From assembly GCF_006345805.1 (NCBI RefSeq), contig NC_042998.1:69192001-69256000 (forward strand): a DNA stretch of 64,000 nucleotides. The letters are read 5' to 3'. The notes beneath the pieces were generated by a model, which saw only the letters and a program-made list of their open reading frames with translations, was not told the DNA's origin and searched no databases. Source of the stretch: Octopus sinensis. Its lineage: Eukaryota. Position 1 is the stretch's first letter, and every line of letters starts with the position of its first letter. The position numbers and the translations under genes are program-made. Shown one piece after another: positions 12,545-27,307 of the stretch.

Positions 12545-13045
12545 GAAAGTGTTATCATGTACATTGTTTTGTCTTGGTTTAAAAGATGGACTACAGCAAA
12601 TATTCTATTCAATACCACAGATTTGCTTGTCAGTTGTTTGACCTTAACCAGTTGAGCATGTCCCTTAGTGGCTGACGATATGTGCATTTCTGATCACAAG
12701 CAGAAGTAGTGGGGGAACATCATAGCCATGTGTTGAGAGGGATTCTTTGAGGTTTGAATAATTCACCTCTGGAAACATTGGTGTTTCGTTCAACATCCTT
12801 AAGCAACCCTTATTCAGGGACCTTTTGAGCGGGATGGGTTACTCGACCAGAAGAAAATTCTAACTGGGCCCCACCTGCAAGGTTATGTGCTGTTTGTCTT
12901 GATATGAGATCACCATGTCATGCACACATATTTGTGATGCATGTGCCTGGTGTACCCTTATCAGACGGGTAGATATGATGGGTATACTGGGCTTCGTATA
13001 TTTTACCCCAGTGTCACTTTGATGGTATGCACTGCTCTCTCACTC
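12545..13045. mobile_element. (AAT)n-flanked ~500-bp non-coding interspersed repeat, copy 1
   Basis: Closely similar to 13805-14288; both end in CTCTCTCACTC followed by (AAT)n. Confidence 0.75.
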
Positions 13046-13602
13046 AATAATGATAGTAATAATATTAATAATAATAATAACAACAACAACAACAACAATA
13101 ATAATAGACTATAACGGTATTGAGGATTTAGATGATAAAAAGACACCCTCCTGCAAATCGGTAAATAAATACAGAAAGGTAGAGATGCATGCAGAAAGGT
13201 TTTTCTTAAAGTACTTGCCCTACTTATCACGTTCTATTATCCCATCAAAATTCATTTCTGTCATAAGATAAATCAGAAAAACAATGAATGTTAACCTCAG
13301 TTGTGTATCAAATATGTGCGAATCGTTAACAGAAATACATCAAAAGAATATCTTAGTGGCTCCAACATGGCAACAACAAAAATATTCCTTTCTAATTTAG
13401 GCACAAGGCCTGAACTTTTGGGGAAGGGGACTAGTCGATTATATCGACCCCAGTGTTTCACTGGTACTTATTTTATTGACCTCGAAAGGATGAAAGACAA
13501 AGTCGACCTCAGCGGAATTTGATCTTTGAACGTAGCGACGGGCGAAATACCGCTAAGCATTTCGTCCAATACGCTAACGATTCTGTCAGCTCGCCGCCTT
13601 CT

Positions 13603-14288
<686 letters not shown>

Positions 14289-16347
14289 AATAATAATAAT
14301 TATTATTTCTCCTACAGACACAAGGCCTGAAACTTCGTGGGGAGGCTGTTAATCAATTACATCGAGCCATTTCATTTGTCTTTACGTTCCGGGTGAAAAT
14401 TCTGTCGGGGTCCACTTTGTCTTTCATCCTTTCGGGGTCGATAACAAAAGTACCAGGTGAACACTGGGGGTCGATGTAATCGACTTAATTACTCCTGAGT
14501 AAGTGTATAAAAAATTGTAACCCTTTGCCAAGCTATGTCGAGCCAGTGTAGTAGAGAAGACTCATCAGACCAGTAGGATCTCAAGCTCGAATTTAAGGCC
14601 TCCACATCAGACCGTGGTTGGTGGAGCGAACACGCTGAAGCCTTCGTTTTAAGTGGACTGAATATAGGCAATCCAATTAAAACAAGATATTGTTAAAAGA
14701 AAACAAAATATGATAAATAGCTGACTAGGTTGGTTTACAGGACTCCATGTCTTTGTCTCCCTGCTTTTGCTTGTAATCCACCGCCTTCATCACTCATCAT
14801 TATGGCTTATGACTTAGACATAAGGTTCGTGCCGTCTTAAGGCATATCCACACTAGGCAGTTGCCGGGAGGCCTCATGGGTTAAGAGTCCCGATTCTGAT
14901 CTATGTATACAGAGGTTTGTTGTCAGTAAGTAAAGATAGGTGCTTTGATTTTCGCAGGGACCTATAATGCCGTTAAGCTGGACCTGCCATCGAAGCCAAC
15001 TTTACGTTTCATCTTTTCAGAGTTGAATAAAATAAAGAACCAGTCAAGAACTGGAGTCAATTACTGGTTTTGTACCTAAATTAGAAACAACTTAATTCTG
15101 GATTGGATGAGAAAATACCATTCAACATCTGTTCTAGCTCGCTCTTCTTGCCCTGATATGAGATACTGTGGTACTGTACCATCTTAACATATAAACGCTT
15201 TGGGTAGTTGCCCTGGGGCACTACGGGTTTAGGGACCTAATTCTAATCAATGTTTGCTGGAGTTTGCGGCCAATAAATAATTTCAAAGGGGCCCAGAGCA
15301 TTGATTTGCATGAGGTGTATAATGCTGCTAAGACGGCCCTGCCACCGAGGCCAGCAGTTTTGATGGGAAGAACCAGTCAAATACATCGACCTCAGGTACT
15401 TCACATGTACCTTTGACCTCGAAAAGACAGAAAGTATAGTTGACCTCGGCGGGTTTAACTCAGAACGTGAAGAACCGGGTGAAATACTGATTTCAAATTT
15501 TGGCAGAAAGCCAGCAATATCGGGAGAGTGAGTAAATCGATTAGATCGACCCCAGTACTCAACTGGTACTTATTTTATCGACCACGAAAGGATTAAAAGC
15601 AAGGTAGATCTCGGTGGAATTTGTACTTAGAACATAAATACGGACAAAATGCCGTTAAGCATTTTACCCCGGTGTGCTAACGATTCTGCAAGCTCACCGC
15701 CTTGAACTGGATGAAATATCGCAAGGTATTTTCTCAATTGGGGTTCTATTGCACTCAACTTCATTTATGCAGGCAAGATATGGAACGTTAAAAGCAAGGG
15801 CGGGGTTACAAAAAGATGTTGAGAAAGACAAACTAAAATATACAAAAAGTGGGGTTGAAAGATGTCAATCATTGACACGAAGAAATGTTTAAAATTTTCG
15901 ACTTTGAGTTTCGCTTCGAACTGTGGATATATTTTACATTTCTTACTCTACGATCCATTGTTAGGAATATCATTGCGGGACATAATCGAAAAGAGGTGAT
16001 GTGAGAATGGAACGAAGTGAATGACTGTGATCGCAGAATACCGAAGGCACGAAATCTAGCGGCCGCGACATGCCGCACGTACAATTGCTGAGTGATAACC
16101 ATGAAATTGGTAAAAGCCACTCAGAAGGTCTCCACGAATCGGGAGACGATATAATTAAACGATCTGGGTCAAGATGAAAAAGAAGGGTGCAATTAAGAAA
16201 GAATGGAAGCGCATTGTGACCAGCAATGTATAATCCGATAGTCTAATCGGTACAGGTGATTATATACATACATACATACATACATACATACATACATACA
16301 TAATACATACATACATAATACATACATACATAATACATACATACACA

Positions 16348-16378
<31 letters not shown>

Positions 16379-16483
16379 CATACATACATACATACATACA
16401 TACATACATACATACATACCTACATACATACGAATCGTTGGCCATTTTCTTCCTCCGTCTTCCCTTCTATTGGACTTTCCTCC

Positions 16484-16519
16484 ATTTCCGAAGAAGAGCG
16501 TCTGCTCGAAACATTAAAC
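16484..16519 (+). ncRNA. Degenerate minimal hammerhead
   Basis: ATTT-CCGAAGA-A-GAGCgtctGCTC-GAAACATT-AAAC; same family as 20432-20466 and 46289-46323. Confidence 0.55.
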
Positions 16520-16755
16520 CATCTTTCTTTCCTTCCCTAAGCGTCTGCTAATAATTTACATATACCACGTCCACACATTTTTTTTTTTTGATTTACCATT
16601 TACCGCACGCTCACACGGACCCCCGGCCTTCTGACTGACTTTGGAGTACCTAATTCACGAAATTCTTTCTACCATCGGATTACATTACCTTGTTCGTTCG
16701 GAATACGCCATTGCTGCACCTTGATTGTGAATCATATATACATATATATATATAT

Positions 16756-16789
<34 letters not shown>

Positions 16790-17674
16790 TGTTTGTAAAA
16801 AGAGAGCGAAAGATAGAAAGAACAAGCACAGCTCTTGTCCCTCCTCTGAGTAGCGCCTGTTAATAGGCAAGTCGAAACATCACACTTAAACTCTCTCTCT
16901 CTCTCTCTCACACACACGCACATACATGTATGTATATATGTACGCACGTACGTACGTAAGTATGTATGCATGTATGTATGAATGAATGAATGGATAAATG
17001 AATGAAAGTTTACATAGTAATCTGGTCAGCATAATTTATAACGAGAACAGGACGCACTTAAGACCTACATCCTACTCAAGAGATCTCGATGATAACCGAA
17101 AATTCATACAAAATACATTTATGTTTTTCTTAATTTTCGACTACAAATTTCCTGATGTCTATCGCTGTGTATAGTTTACATTTGGCTTAATGGTGACTAC
17201 TTCTAGTTTAAATGCTGATTTTTATCAAGAATTCGTTATATTTTTTTGGTATTAATTATAACTTGTATGTTTCCTTAATTGTAGCCATTGATTTCGTCAT
17301 AAGGTCCGGAGTTAGATACTCGTATAGTGTTTTTTAATTTTTTTAAATTTTACTTGTTTATATCATTTGAGAGCGCCCATTCTAGGGCACCGCCTCGAAG
17401 GGTTTTAGTGGAACAAATAGACCCCAGTACATATTTTTAATTCTGGTATTTATCCAGTCGGTCTCTTTTTGTTGAACCGCTAATATTATGGGGACGTAAA
17501 CAAGCCAACACCGGTTGTCATGCAGTGGTTGGGGACAAACATACCACATACAGACAGACAGACACACACACGCGCATAGACACACAGACAAACAGGCGCG
17601 CGCGCACACACACACACACACACACGTGGATTTGTGTTGCAGGATTCCTGATGTGAAACCGTGTATTGAAACAG

Positions 17675-18022
17675 ATATTGTTGTATTTTGGGATGGTCAT
17701 TCTGTTTTTTCTTGTTTTTGCCAAATAAACACACGTTCTATATATTCGTTCTTCACTCGTTTATTGCTGTTCTTATTCTAATTCATGTCCATTGTCCGGA
17801 AATCTTCGTGTGTGCTCTTGCTCCGTTTAGTTCATGAACCGAGCGGAGCAAGAGCATACATGAGGACGGAAAGTGTAGCTGAGGAGGTCACAGATGTGTG
17901 ATGAAAGATTTCCGGACATTGGACATGAATTAGAATAAGAACTGTAATAAACGAGTGAAGAACGAATATAGTGCGTGTGCTTATTTGGAAAAAAAAATTA
18001 CCCTTCTGAAATACAATAATAT
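17675..18022. mobile_element. Foldback/MITE-like element
   Basis: Imperfect inverted arms of >100 bp enclosing a second ~20-bp hairpin (gtgtgctcttgctccgtt / agcggagcaagagcatac). Confidence 0.7.
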
Positions 18023-18078
18023 ATACATATACATACATACATACATACATACATACATACATACATACATACATACAT

Positions 18079-18145
<67 letters not shown>

Positions 18146-18239
18146 CATGTATGTATGTATGTATGTATGTATGTATGTATATAAACTTAGATATGTTTCG
18201 ACCAAAGATTGGTCTAGGCCATGTCTAACTTAATAGCAC

Positions 18240-18690
18240 CACCGTATAGGAATATCTAAATCCTGTTTAAGTCAAATTTTGTTTATGGTCCAATATTCCT
18301 TGAGGAAATCTGTCCAGATTCCGTTTAAAGGTGATGGGATCCTTTTCCTCTTTGATCTCTTTCAGGAAAATGTTAAACAGGGCAGGGCCTGTTGAGGAAA
18401 AGAAATGTCGCAGTGTACCTATATGCTATGATCTTGAATTGGGCTGGGGACGTATGGCCCTTGGTCCCAGCCTTGGATGACCCTTGAAACTAATGTTCAG
18501 GTCATTTGGGCAATGCTGGCGGTATATTCTCCACATCGGACAAATGATGTGCCGCTCGTGGCGGCGCTGGAGAGAGTAGAGTTTCAAAGCTTTAAGGCGG
18601 TCCCAATTATCGAGATCAGTCATGCCTTCAATTCGTTCAGTGAGTGCCCTCTGTGGTGATTCAATCCTCGAGATATGCAATTTTGGAGGT
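18240..18690 (-). mobile_element. CR1-group LINE ORF2 C-terminal fragment
   Basis: WDRLKALKLYSLQRRHER, homologous to WERLKRLKLYSLERRRER in the 41-45 kb element. Confidence 0.8.
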
Positions 18691-19037
18691 ATGTGTGTCT
18701 CGAATGTGAAAATGTATTAGAGTGAGTGTGAATTTTATTGCACATGCGCGCACAAATGTGTGTGTGTGTGATTAGTGTGCGAAAATGTGTAAACACCTAT
18801 TTGATTGTATGCATATGAATAGAATGTATATGTATATTCATTTCTACTCTAGGCGCAAAGCTCGGCATTTTTGGGGAGGGAGCCAGTCGAGTAGATTGAC
18901 CCAGTACGCAGCTGGTACATAATTCATCGACCCCGAAAGAATGAAAGGCAAAGTCAACCTCGGCGGAATGTATTGTTATATTAATACTGAGTAGTAAGGA
19001 TGCATATGATAAGAGTGTGTGTTATATATATTATATA

Positions 19038-19075
<38 letters not shown>

Positions 19076-19396
19076 GCCAAACTACATGGCTCCGGGTTCA
19101 GTCCTACTGCGTGGCACATTGGACAAGCATCTTCTACTATAGCCTCGAACTTACCAAAGTCTTGTAAGTGGAATTAGTAGATGGAAACTGAACGAAGCTC
19201 ATCGTATACATACATACATACATACATACACACACGTATATATCTGTGTGTGTGAGAGTGTGTGTGTTTGTGCTTGTGTGCGTGTGTTTGTGTGTGTGTG
19301 TGAGTGTGTTTGTGTGTGTGTGTCTGTGTATGTGTATTTGGTTGCATATGTGTACAGTGCATAGTCTGCGAACATGTGTGTGTGTATGTGTGAGTT

Positions 19397-19429
<33 letters not shown>

Positions 19430-19548
19430 TGTGTGTGTGTGAGTGTGTTTGTGTGTGTGTGTCTGTGTTTGTGTATTTGGTTGCATATATGTACAGTGCA
19501 TAGTCTGCGTACATGCGTGTGTATGTGTGTGAGTTTGCGTGTGCGTGT

Positions 19549-19593
<45 letters not shown>

Positions 19594-20028
19594 TGTTTAG
19601 TTAATGGCATAGAGAGAGGAATGACTTGTAAGCTTTCAATCCCAAGGGACGCCATTATAGACACGGTTGTATCTGTTTCATTGTTACGTTGAGCAATCCA
19701 CATTTGTCTACACCCGCCTCAAATATTTACGTAACTCGAGGTAGCAAGAGAATAGAAACTCTATAGGAACTATACAAACAGGGCTCCTGTACTTATAGCA
19801 AGGCATTTGTATAGGATCACTGAAACTAGGTCAGGCACGCAACCATTCTCGTCCCCACCATCGACAACAGAAAAACAGAATTTTTTTTTTCAACTTTCTT
19901 GGAAGCGAAACAGACCCGATGAATATATGAAGATGGGGATAGCTCAATGCAACCTCAAACCAAAAATACTGCTATTGTAATTTATATATGTATATGTGTT
20001 GATATATATATATATATATATATGTTTT

Positions 20029-20091
<63 letters not shown>

Positions 20092-20293
20092 ACACAAATA
20101 TATATATAAAAAAGACTGGGAAAAGTTTTGGAATTATTTAATTATTTATTACTCTGCAGAAAATAAATATTTTCCAGCATTTTCAACTCTTAGGCTTGCC
20201 TCACGCAAATATAACATCGACATACGGATTGGAATATACTGAATGAAGCAGATTTGCTGGATAAGGACAGACTTAGATTTTAACCTTTTCTAC

Positions 20294-20339
<46 letters not shown>

Positions 20340-20431
20340 ATCCAAACAAGAAAACACAGAAAAAAAAACACAGCAACGCAGGACGTGGAACAATTAAGTA
20401 TTATTGACGCTCAGGAAAGAAGGGAAGGACG

Positions 20432-20466
20432 GTTTAACGTTTCGAGCAGAGCTCTTCGTCGGAAAC
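20432..20466 (-). ncRNA. Minimal hammerhead (U4>C variant)
   Basis: Reverse complement GTTT-CCGACGA-A-GAGCtctGCTC-GAAACGTT-AAAC. Followed by a ~100-nt tail ending at (TA)n; the tail is repeated at 20632-20730. Confidence 0.7.
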
Positions 20467-20535
20467 AAGGAGAAGAAAAGATCCAAGAAGGGAAGAAAGA
20501 GGAAAAAATATTTGAGCTGGTGGTGCTCAAGAGAT

Positions 20536-20636
<101 letters not shown>

Positions 20637-20739
20637 ATCCAAACAAGAAAACACAAAAAAGCAAAAAACACACAACAACGCGAGGACGTGGAACAAATAA
20701 AGAATTATTGGACGCTCAGGAAAGAAGGGAAGAAGAAGG

Positions 20740-21441
20740 CAAATAAGAAGATGGAGAGAATATAAAATTGACAAACATCAGCCAGTAAATATTCCATTAT
20801 ACGAGGGTGAGTCAAAACGTAATGCCATTTTGTTTAGGACAGGTATAATTTCCAACACAGGGACATGTATCATACATCAAAATGAAGCTGGTCCTCTGTG
20901 GATCATATCTCTACTTCACAACATAGTCACCGTTTCTCTCAATAGCAATGTTCCACATTCGAATGAGAGCATGTAACCCTGCCCTGTAAAATTCTGTTGA
21001 CTGTTCTTTGAGCCACTTCTTCACTATAGTTTTCACTTCCTCATCACTGGACTCTCATCTCTTCGGCCCCATGAAAGAGGGTTTGAGAGGCAAATATTAT
21101 TCCAGTGACGAGGAAGTGAAAACTAGTGAAGAAGTGGCTCAAAGAACAGTCAACAGAATTTTACGGGGCAGAGATACATGCTCTCATTTGAAGGTGGAAC
21201 ATTGCTATTGACAGAAACGGTGACTATGTTGAGAAGTATGGATGTGATCCACAGAGGACCAGCTTCATTTTGATGTAGAATACATGTTCCTGTGTTGATA
21301 ATTATACCTGTCCTTAGCAAAATGGCATTACTTTTTGACTCATCCTCGTATCTGTTTATTAAATGATAGCAAACAGGTATTTAAGTGGTACAAGTAAACG
21401 AATGAGATCAGCCAATAAATATGTAAACAGATATATATATA

Positions 21442-21496
<55 letters not shown>

Positions 21497-22169
21497 TGAA
21501 GGAATAATAACAGATGGGTGTACAGACACAAATCGCTTACAGCCGTTTCTACCATGAGGCCTCAGAATCTTCCAAGTCATCTTCACGTCAGTGATATACA
21601 GGGATGAACAAACATTGGACAGAAACTGGGTAATGGTTGAGCCTCAAGGCTTCTTCAGAGAGTACAAATGTTAGGAAACTAACATGTGGGAAATTTAGTT
21701 AGAATGATAGAGTAGGGTAAATAAGATAAGATAGAGTAAAATAGGTAAAAATGAAAAATAATGTAATGTAGTAGACATGGTAAGGAAAAGTAAGAACTTC
21801 ATTTTAAGGTGTTATTATAAGTGGTAAGTAAAGTCACTCTCAGGCTGCGGAAAGACGATGCAAACTGTAGGCTACGGATATATCTCCTGAGAGTGACTTT
21901 ACTTACCACACTGACGTGATGAGGATGACTTGGTAGATTCTGGGGCCTCATGGTAGAAACGGCCGTAAGTGATTTGTATCTGTACACCCATCTGTTATTA
22001 TTCATTCATCTTTCTCTCTATATATATCTGTTTACGTATTTATCGGCTGATGTCATTCGTTTACTTGTACCACTTAAACTCGTGTTTGTTATAATTTAAT
22101 AAATAGATATGATGTAATGTTTACTGGCTGATGTTTGTCGATTTTATATCTCCTCCATTTTCTTATTTG
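20740..22169. mobile_element. Foldback element with ~300-bp inverted arms, interrupted by a mariner MITE
   Basis: Segments 20740-20800 plus 21349-21595 match the reverse complement of ~21905-22169; second copy at 37748-39188. Confidence 0.75.
20802..21348. mobile_element. Palindromic mariner-derived MITE (two transposon right ends head-to-head)
   Basis: ~245-bp inverted arms beginning CGAGG(G/A)TGAGTCAAAA, TA on both sides; the centre encodes DSHLFGPMKEGLRGKYYSSDEEVK. Second copy at 38580-39126. Confidence 0.85.
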
Positions 22170-22621
22170 TCTTATAAATCCTAGGTAAATTTCCAATATA
22201 CCCCCACCCATACTTAGTATTCAATTGCAATATTGCCATGCAATAGTAAGCACTTGGTTAAAAATATGTAGGTACACATCCAGTAGTATACTGGATATTT
22301 GATATCCCTTACATACGCCGGATGTAAAGGAAAGTGAATATTTTACGGCAGTTTTCTATAATGAGGGTGTAAAATTTCACTGTTTTTGTATTTATTTAGA
22401 GTAAAGATAAGCATAAAAATTACCCTTAAGAAAGAAAGGTATTTTTTGTACAAAGCCCAGAATTTCGGGGGAAGAGGTAGTGTTTCACTAGTACTTAATT
22501 TATCCCGAAAGGGGATTTGAACTCAGAATGTTAGCTTGTCAACGTCCCCGTACTTAGCGGTTGGATAGAATAAATACCAGATTTTAGAAAATAAGGTGTG
22601 GGGTAAAAGAAAAAGAAGATA

Positions 22622-22787
22622 CAGGCGCATGAAAGGCTGTGTGGTGAGTAGCTTGCTTCCCAACCACATGATTCCGGGTTCAGTCCCACTGCGTAGCACC
22701 TTGGGCAAGTGCCTTTTTATTATAGCCTCAGGCCGACCAAAGCCTTGTGAATGGATTTCGTAGACGGGAACTGAAAGAAGCCTGTTG

Positions 22788-22819
<32 letters not shown>

Positions 22820-22849
22820 TGTATGTATGTATGTATGTATGTATGTATG

Positions 22850-22925
<76 letters not shown>

Positions 22926-23160
22926 CATATATATGCATGTGTATATGTTTGTGTGTCTATTTTTGTCCTCCCAACATCACTTGACAACCGATGCTGGTGT
23001 GTTTACCTCCCCGTAACTTAGCGGTTCGGCATAAGAAACCGATAGAATAAGTACTAGGCTTACAAAGAATAAGTCCTGTGGTCGATTTGTTCGACTATAG
23101 GCGGTGCTCCAGCATGGCCGAAGTCAAATAGCTGAAACAAGTAAAAGAAGAATAAAAGAA
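22622..23160 (+). mobile_element. SINE family A, full length, with internal (ATGT)n(TA)n
   Basis: tRNA-like head ggctgtgtggt..gggttcagtccc, ttgggcaag core, internal microsatellite and shared 3' tail. Confidence 0.85.
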
Positions 23161-25883
23161 AATACGACAGGCTTCCTCATAGTTTCCGCGGACCAAATTC
23201 ACACAAAACATTGGTCGTCCAGGAATATAGTAGAAAGCACATGCCCAAAGTACCGTTCAGTGGGGCAGATGTTGAAAGCACGTAGTTGCAAAGCGAGTTT
23301 CTTAATCACACAACCAAGTCTTCGGAAAATGTTTTATTACCTTAAATTAAATTCAATAAAACAAAAAGCCTTTCATTCTTAAATTCTTAATACGTTCTGC
23401 TAGATTCGAACGCGAATATGCTAATCACTGTGGTGTTTCGTCCACTCTTTATCTCTCATTTATATAACTCCTCCTATAACCCCGTCATTCATTCACTCTC
23501 CTCCATCCCATTCTTCCCTCATTCTCCCTCCCTTCCACCTCCCCTGTCGCAATGATTCTCTCTCCCTGTGGATGTGTTTAGCGTTCTTTTACTCATTACC
23601 TGCCACCAACCCTAGGATGTGCACTTATACCTGCACCCTTTATGTTTACTCTCTCTCTCTCTCTAGAAATATCAACAAACCAAACAAGCAATATTTTTAA
23701 AAATCGGCTATTGCACTGTGCAACACTCAAAAAAGTACAAGAGATCTGTGTCCATTTTTATATGCAAAATGACGTGGGAAATAATTATTAGTGTTAAGAA
23801 ACTCTCAAGAGAGCTGAAGAGCTGAAGATCTTCAGAGAAGAACGCCATACCCCCAGGCAAATGTTTCGGCTCTTAACTTCTTACACTTTAAAAGGGTCGG
23901 GCCGCATCCATGTCATGGTTCCTGGGTGCTCTTCAGCTGACACTTTTTAGCCACTTGGATATCGGAGACTTGTGTTTTTAAACCGCTTGGAGATCTCATC
24001 TAGTTGTAACTCCTCTCCGTCGACTCAGCTTATGCTTAAAGAAGAAATAATTTTGGTTGTCATTATAGCGATGACTGGAAATATCAACAGATCAAGCGAC
24101 CAACATTTTTATATCGGTTATTATTATATATAAATATTAAACAAATTGGTGTAAAAGTATTGGAGATCTTATATTTTCCTCACCGTTACACTGTATTTGA
24201 TATTTGTTTAATAGTCTCCAGACTTTGTGTTTCTCTTCTGTCGTGTGTTGGAAGTCTTCAAAGGAAGTCTCCAAAACTAAACCTGAACATCTATATCAGT
24301 TCAAAGCATGAAATCAATAAACCTTCTCCTCGCTCTCTCTCAGTTACATCCTCTCATCTAAAAGACAACTATAAGCCAATTGCCTCACGCATTCCTTTGT
24401 ACTTCTTTGTCAACAATATCACAGAGATCAATAATTTCATAAGAAATTGGGTTGTCAGATAAATTTGTTGGTTTTTTCCCCCCTCATTTATTTAAATTTT
24501 TGTCATTATTATCTTCTCTCCTTTTTATCTCTTACCTGTTTCAGTCATTAGACCGCGGCCATGCTGGGGCACCGCATTGAACAATTTTTAGTCGAATGAA
24601 TCAGTACTGAACAGCTCAGTTACAAGGTCAACACAGCAACACCTGTTGTCAAGCAGCTTAAATGGGGCTCCATTATCCCCATATCTTTACTGAATTTACC
24701 TCGCTCCTACGCTTATTGATTACAGTATGATCAGCACCAGTGCTCTGCACATTTACAGAAATAAGTTTGTGCATTCTAAATACCTTCACGTACTTTCAAA
24801 TCGAGATAAAGCATTATAACAGGTACGTTTCGAGTGTGGTTGTGTGGATATTTATATTTTGTAGTTTATGAAACTTATGTTTCGTAATAAATAAAAGCTA
24901 AGAACCATTGCTATAGCAGAAGACACTTACCGAAGGTGCAACGTTGCGGGACTGAAACCGGAACCATATGGATGGGAAGCAAACTTCGTACCAGACAGTC
25001 ACACTTGCTTGAGTTAACAAGAGAAGTATTTTTATTATGGGACTTTCGTTTTTTAAGGTAGCGTGCTGGCAGAAACGTTAGCACACCGGGCGAAATGTCT
25101 ATCGGTATTTCGTCTGTCTTTACTTTCTGAGTTCAAATTCCGCTGAGATCGACTTTTCCTTTCGGGGTCGATAAATTAGGTACCAGTTGCGTACTGGGGT
25201 CAATCTAATCGACTGGCCCCCATCCCCTAAAAATTTCGGGCCTTGTGCCTAGAGTAGAAAAGAGTATTTTGTTGGATTTTTATTGTCGCTCTATTCTTTC
25301 TTTTGCTTATCGTCTTTGAAATTTGAATAAATTTTACTTCTTATCTGACATATGATATTGGAGTGTCCATTAAAAAAAAAGCAGAAAAAAGAACAAAAAA
25401 CACAACCAGAATGAACTAATTTATTTGATAACCTCCAGGGCAACACCTTTTCCATTTTGTCGACTGAAATTATGAGATGGACTGACAATCCTTTTTAGAT
25501 ATTCTTACCTTCCGGTGATATCTGACGCCACTGTTGTAAGACTGAAGATTGACTTACAGGTCAGTCGTTTGTAAGTGCTTAGATCTAACTCTGCCATAAA
25601 TGAATCACAAGGGGCGTTTCACCAACAACAGTTTCTATGAACGAACGTGAAAAATAGTTGCGTTATGTTAGCAACGAAGGTGGTTAGATATCAACAGAAT
25701 CCACAGCTTTTCAACCACATAGTTCTGAGTTCTAATGGTCAGAATTTTCAACGGCAATACTGTAGAACATTGGAAGCAGAAACAGCTGTTAGATGGGATA
25801 CAGTCTATTTGTATTAAAAGTAATAGTTGATGTTAGTCAATTGTTGTTGATCAATATTTCTCTATTTTCTATTTACACACACA

Positions 25884-25928
<45 letters not shown>

Positions 25929-27307
25929 ACATACACACACACACACACACATATATATATATCAGGCGGCCATTGGTGTGATATTGGTGTAATGTTTTTT
26001 TTCATACAACTAAGGTATTAAAGTTTTATCGTTTTTCTTTTTTTGTTACCATCATGGTATACACTGCACCATACCGTACGTTTGGAGTCTCTGCCGACGA
26101 AACCAAAATGAAGGACACTTCATGTATGCCGTCTCACTATACAATGTGGTTTAAGGATGTGTTCACTCGAGACATACAAAGTACGGCGATAGAATATAAT
26201 TGTACATCAATTTCAGTTGCGTGGATCTGATTTCTAAGTAACCTTATAGTCACCCGCGTCTTCTTTACATATTTCTACCCGGTTTTATAGGCTTAGGCCA
26301 ACCCGATTTTGTTTTATCTTCCTCGATTATTTGTAAATATATATGCAGATATGTAACCGTAGCTGTTATATAGACACACTACCTTTTTGTTCTACATGTT
26401 ACCATCCTTCAGAAACTAAAACTTTCACTTTTAACGTTGCCTCGATTTTGTTTTGTGTCCAGTTACACGCCACTCTTGTAAAAACACTCCTTGATTTTCT
26501 TACAATTGTGGTTGTGGATACTATTTCTCATCGATGTCAAATTTTGCCGAGATGAACTTAGCCGTTCACTGAGGTCAAAGTGATGAATTTATTCGCTCCT
26601 CACAAACTTCAGGCCCTGTGTCAACAGTGGAAAGGACTATCATAAGGCAGCTGGCTGGCAAAAGTGTTAGCACGCCGGGCGAAATGCTTAGCGGTATTTC
26701 ATCTGTCTTTACGTTCTGAGTTCAAATGCCGCCAAGGTCGATTTTACCTTTTATCTCTTCGGGGTCGATAAAATAAGTACCAGTTTCGAACTGGAGACGA
26801 TGTAATTAACTAGCTCCCTCTACACAAATTTCAGGTTGTGAGCCTATAGCAGGGTGAATTATCACTCTTCAATGTTATTGTTCGTGTTTTTGCCGGATTT
26901 TCGTTACTCGTTTTTTATTCGCTGGATTCATTTGTTTTTTTAATAGCTCTCTTCATTTTCTTTGTTTCTCTTCTCTTTAAAATCCTCCATTTACAAATGT
27001 ACGAAGGAAATAAGAGAAAATCAAATCGATGATCCCAGCCAGTAAAAATTGGATAAAAGTTCTGGGCAAAGAAATATATATGGGGGGTGGGGTCCGCGGG
27101 CTATTGCTCTTCAGTAGTTATTTCGATTTTCTAGATCCGCCAAGACTGGTGGGGGGAAGGAAGGGAGTTAGCTTTAGACTAGGGCTTCACTCAATTGTCT
27201 ACAGTAGAAAGCATAACGCTAAAGATACCCATTATAGAACGGTTTTTTCATCTCGACAATCTTCCATGAGTTTTCCGTTTAACCAATTTTACCCACGGCT
27301 TCGATTG

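Noticed and set aside
12640-12720. Twister-like TAA..GTCCC..GGGG arrangement in the (AAT)n-flanked repeat
   Set aside because: Required stems and the conserved loop could not be built.
15869-16120. QQLYV as the Helitron helicase motif GQLYV
   Set aside because: Surrounding residues do not fit; a single short motif is insufficient.
23860-23940. Minus-strand CTGAAGA ... GAAAC
   Set aside because: Helices I and II do not close and there is no GUH triplet.
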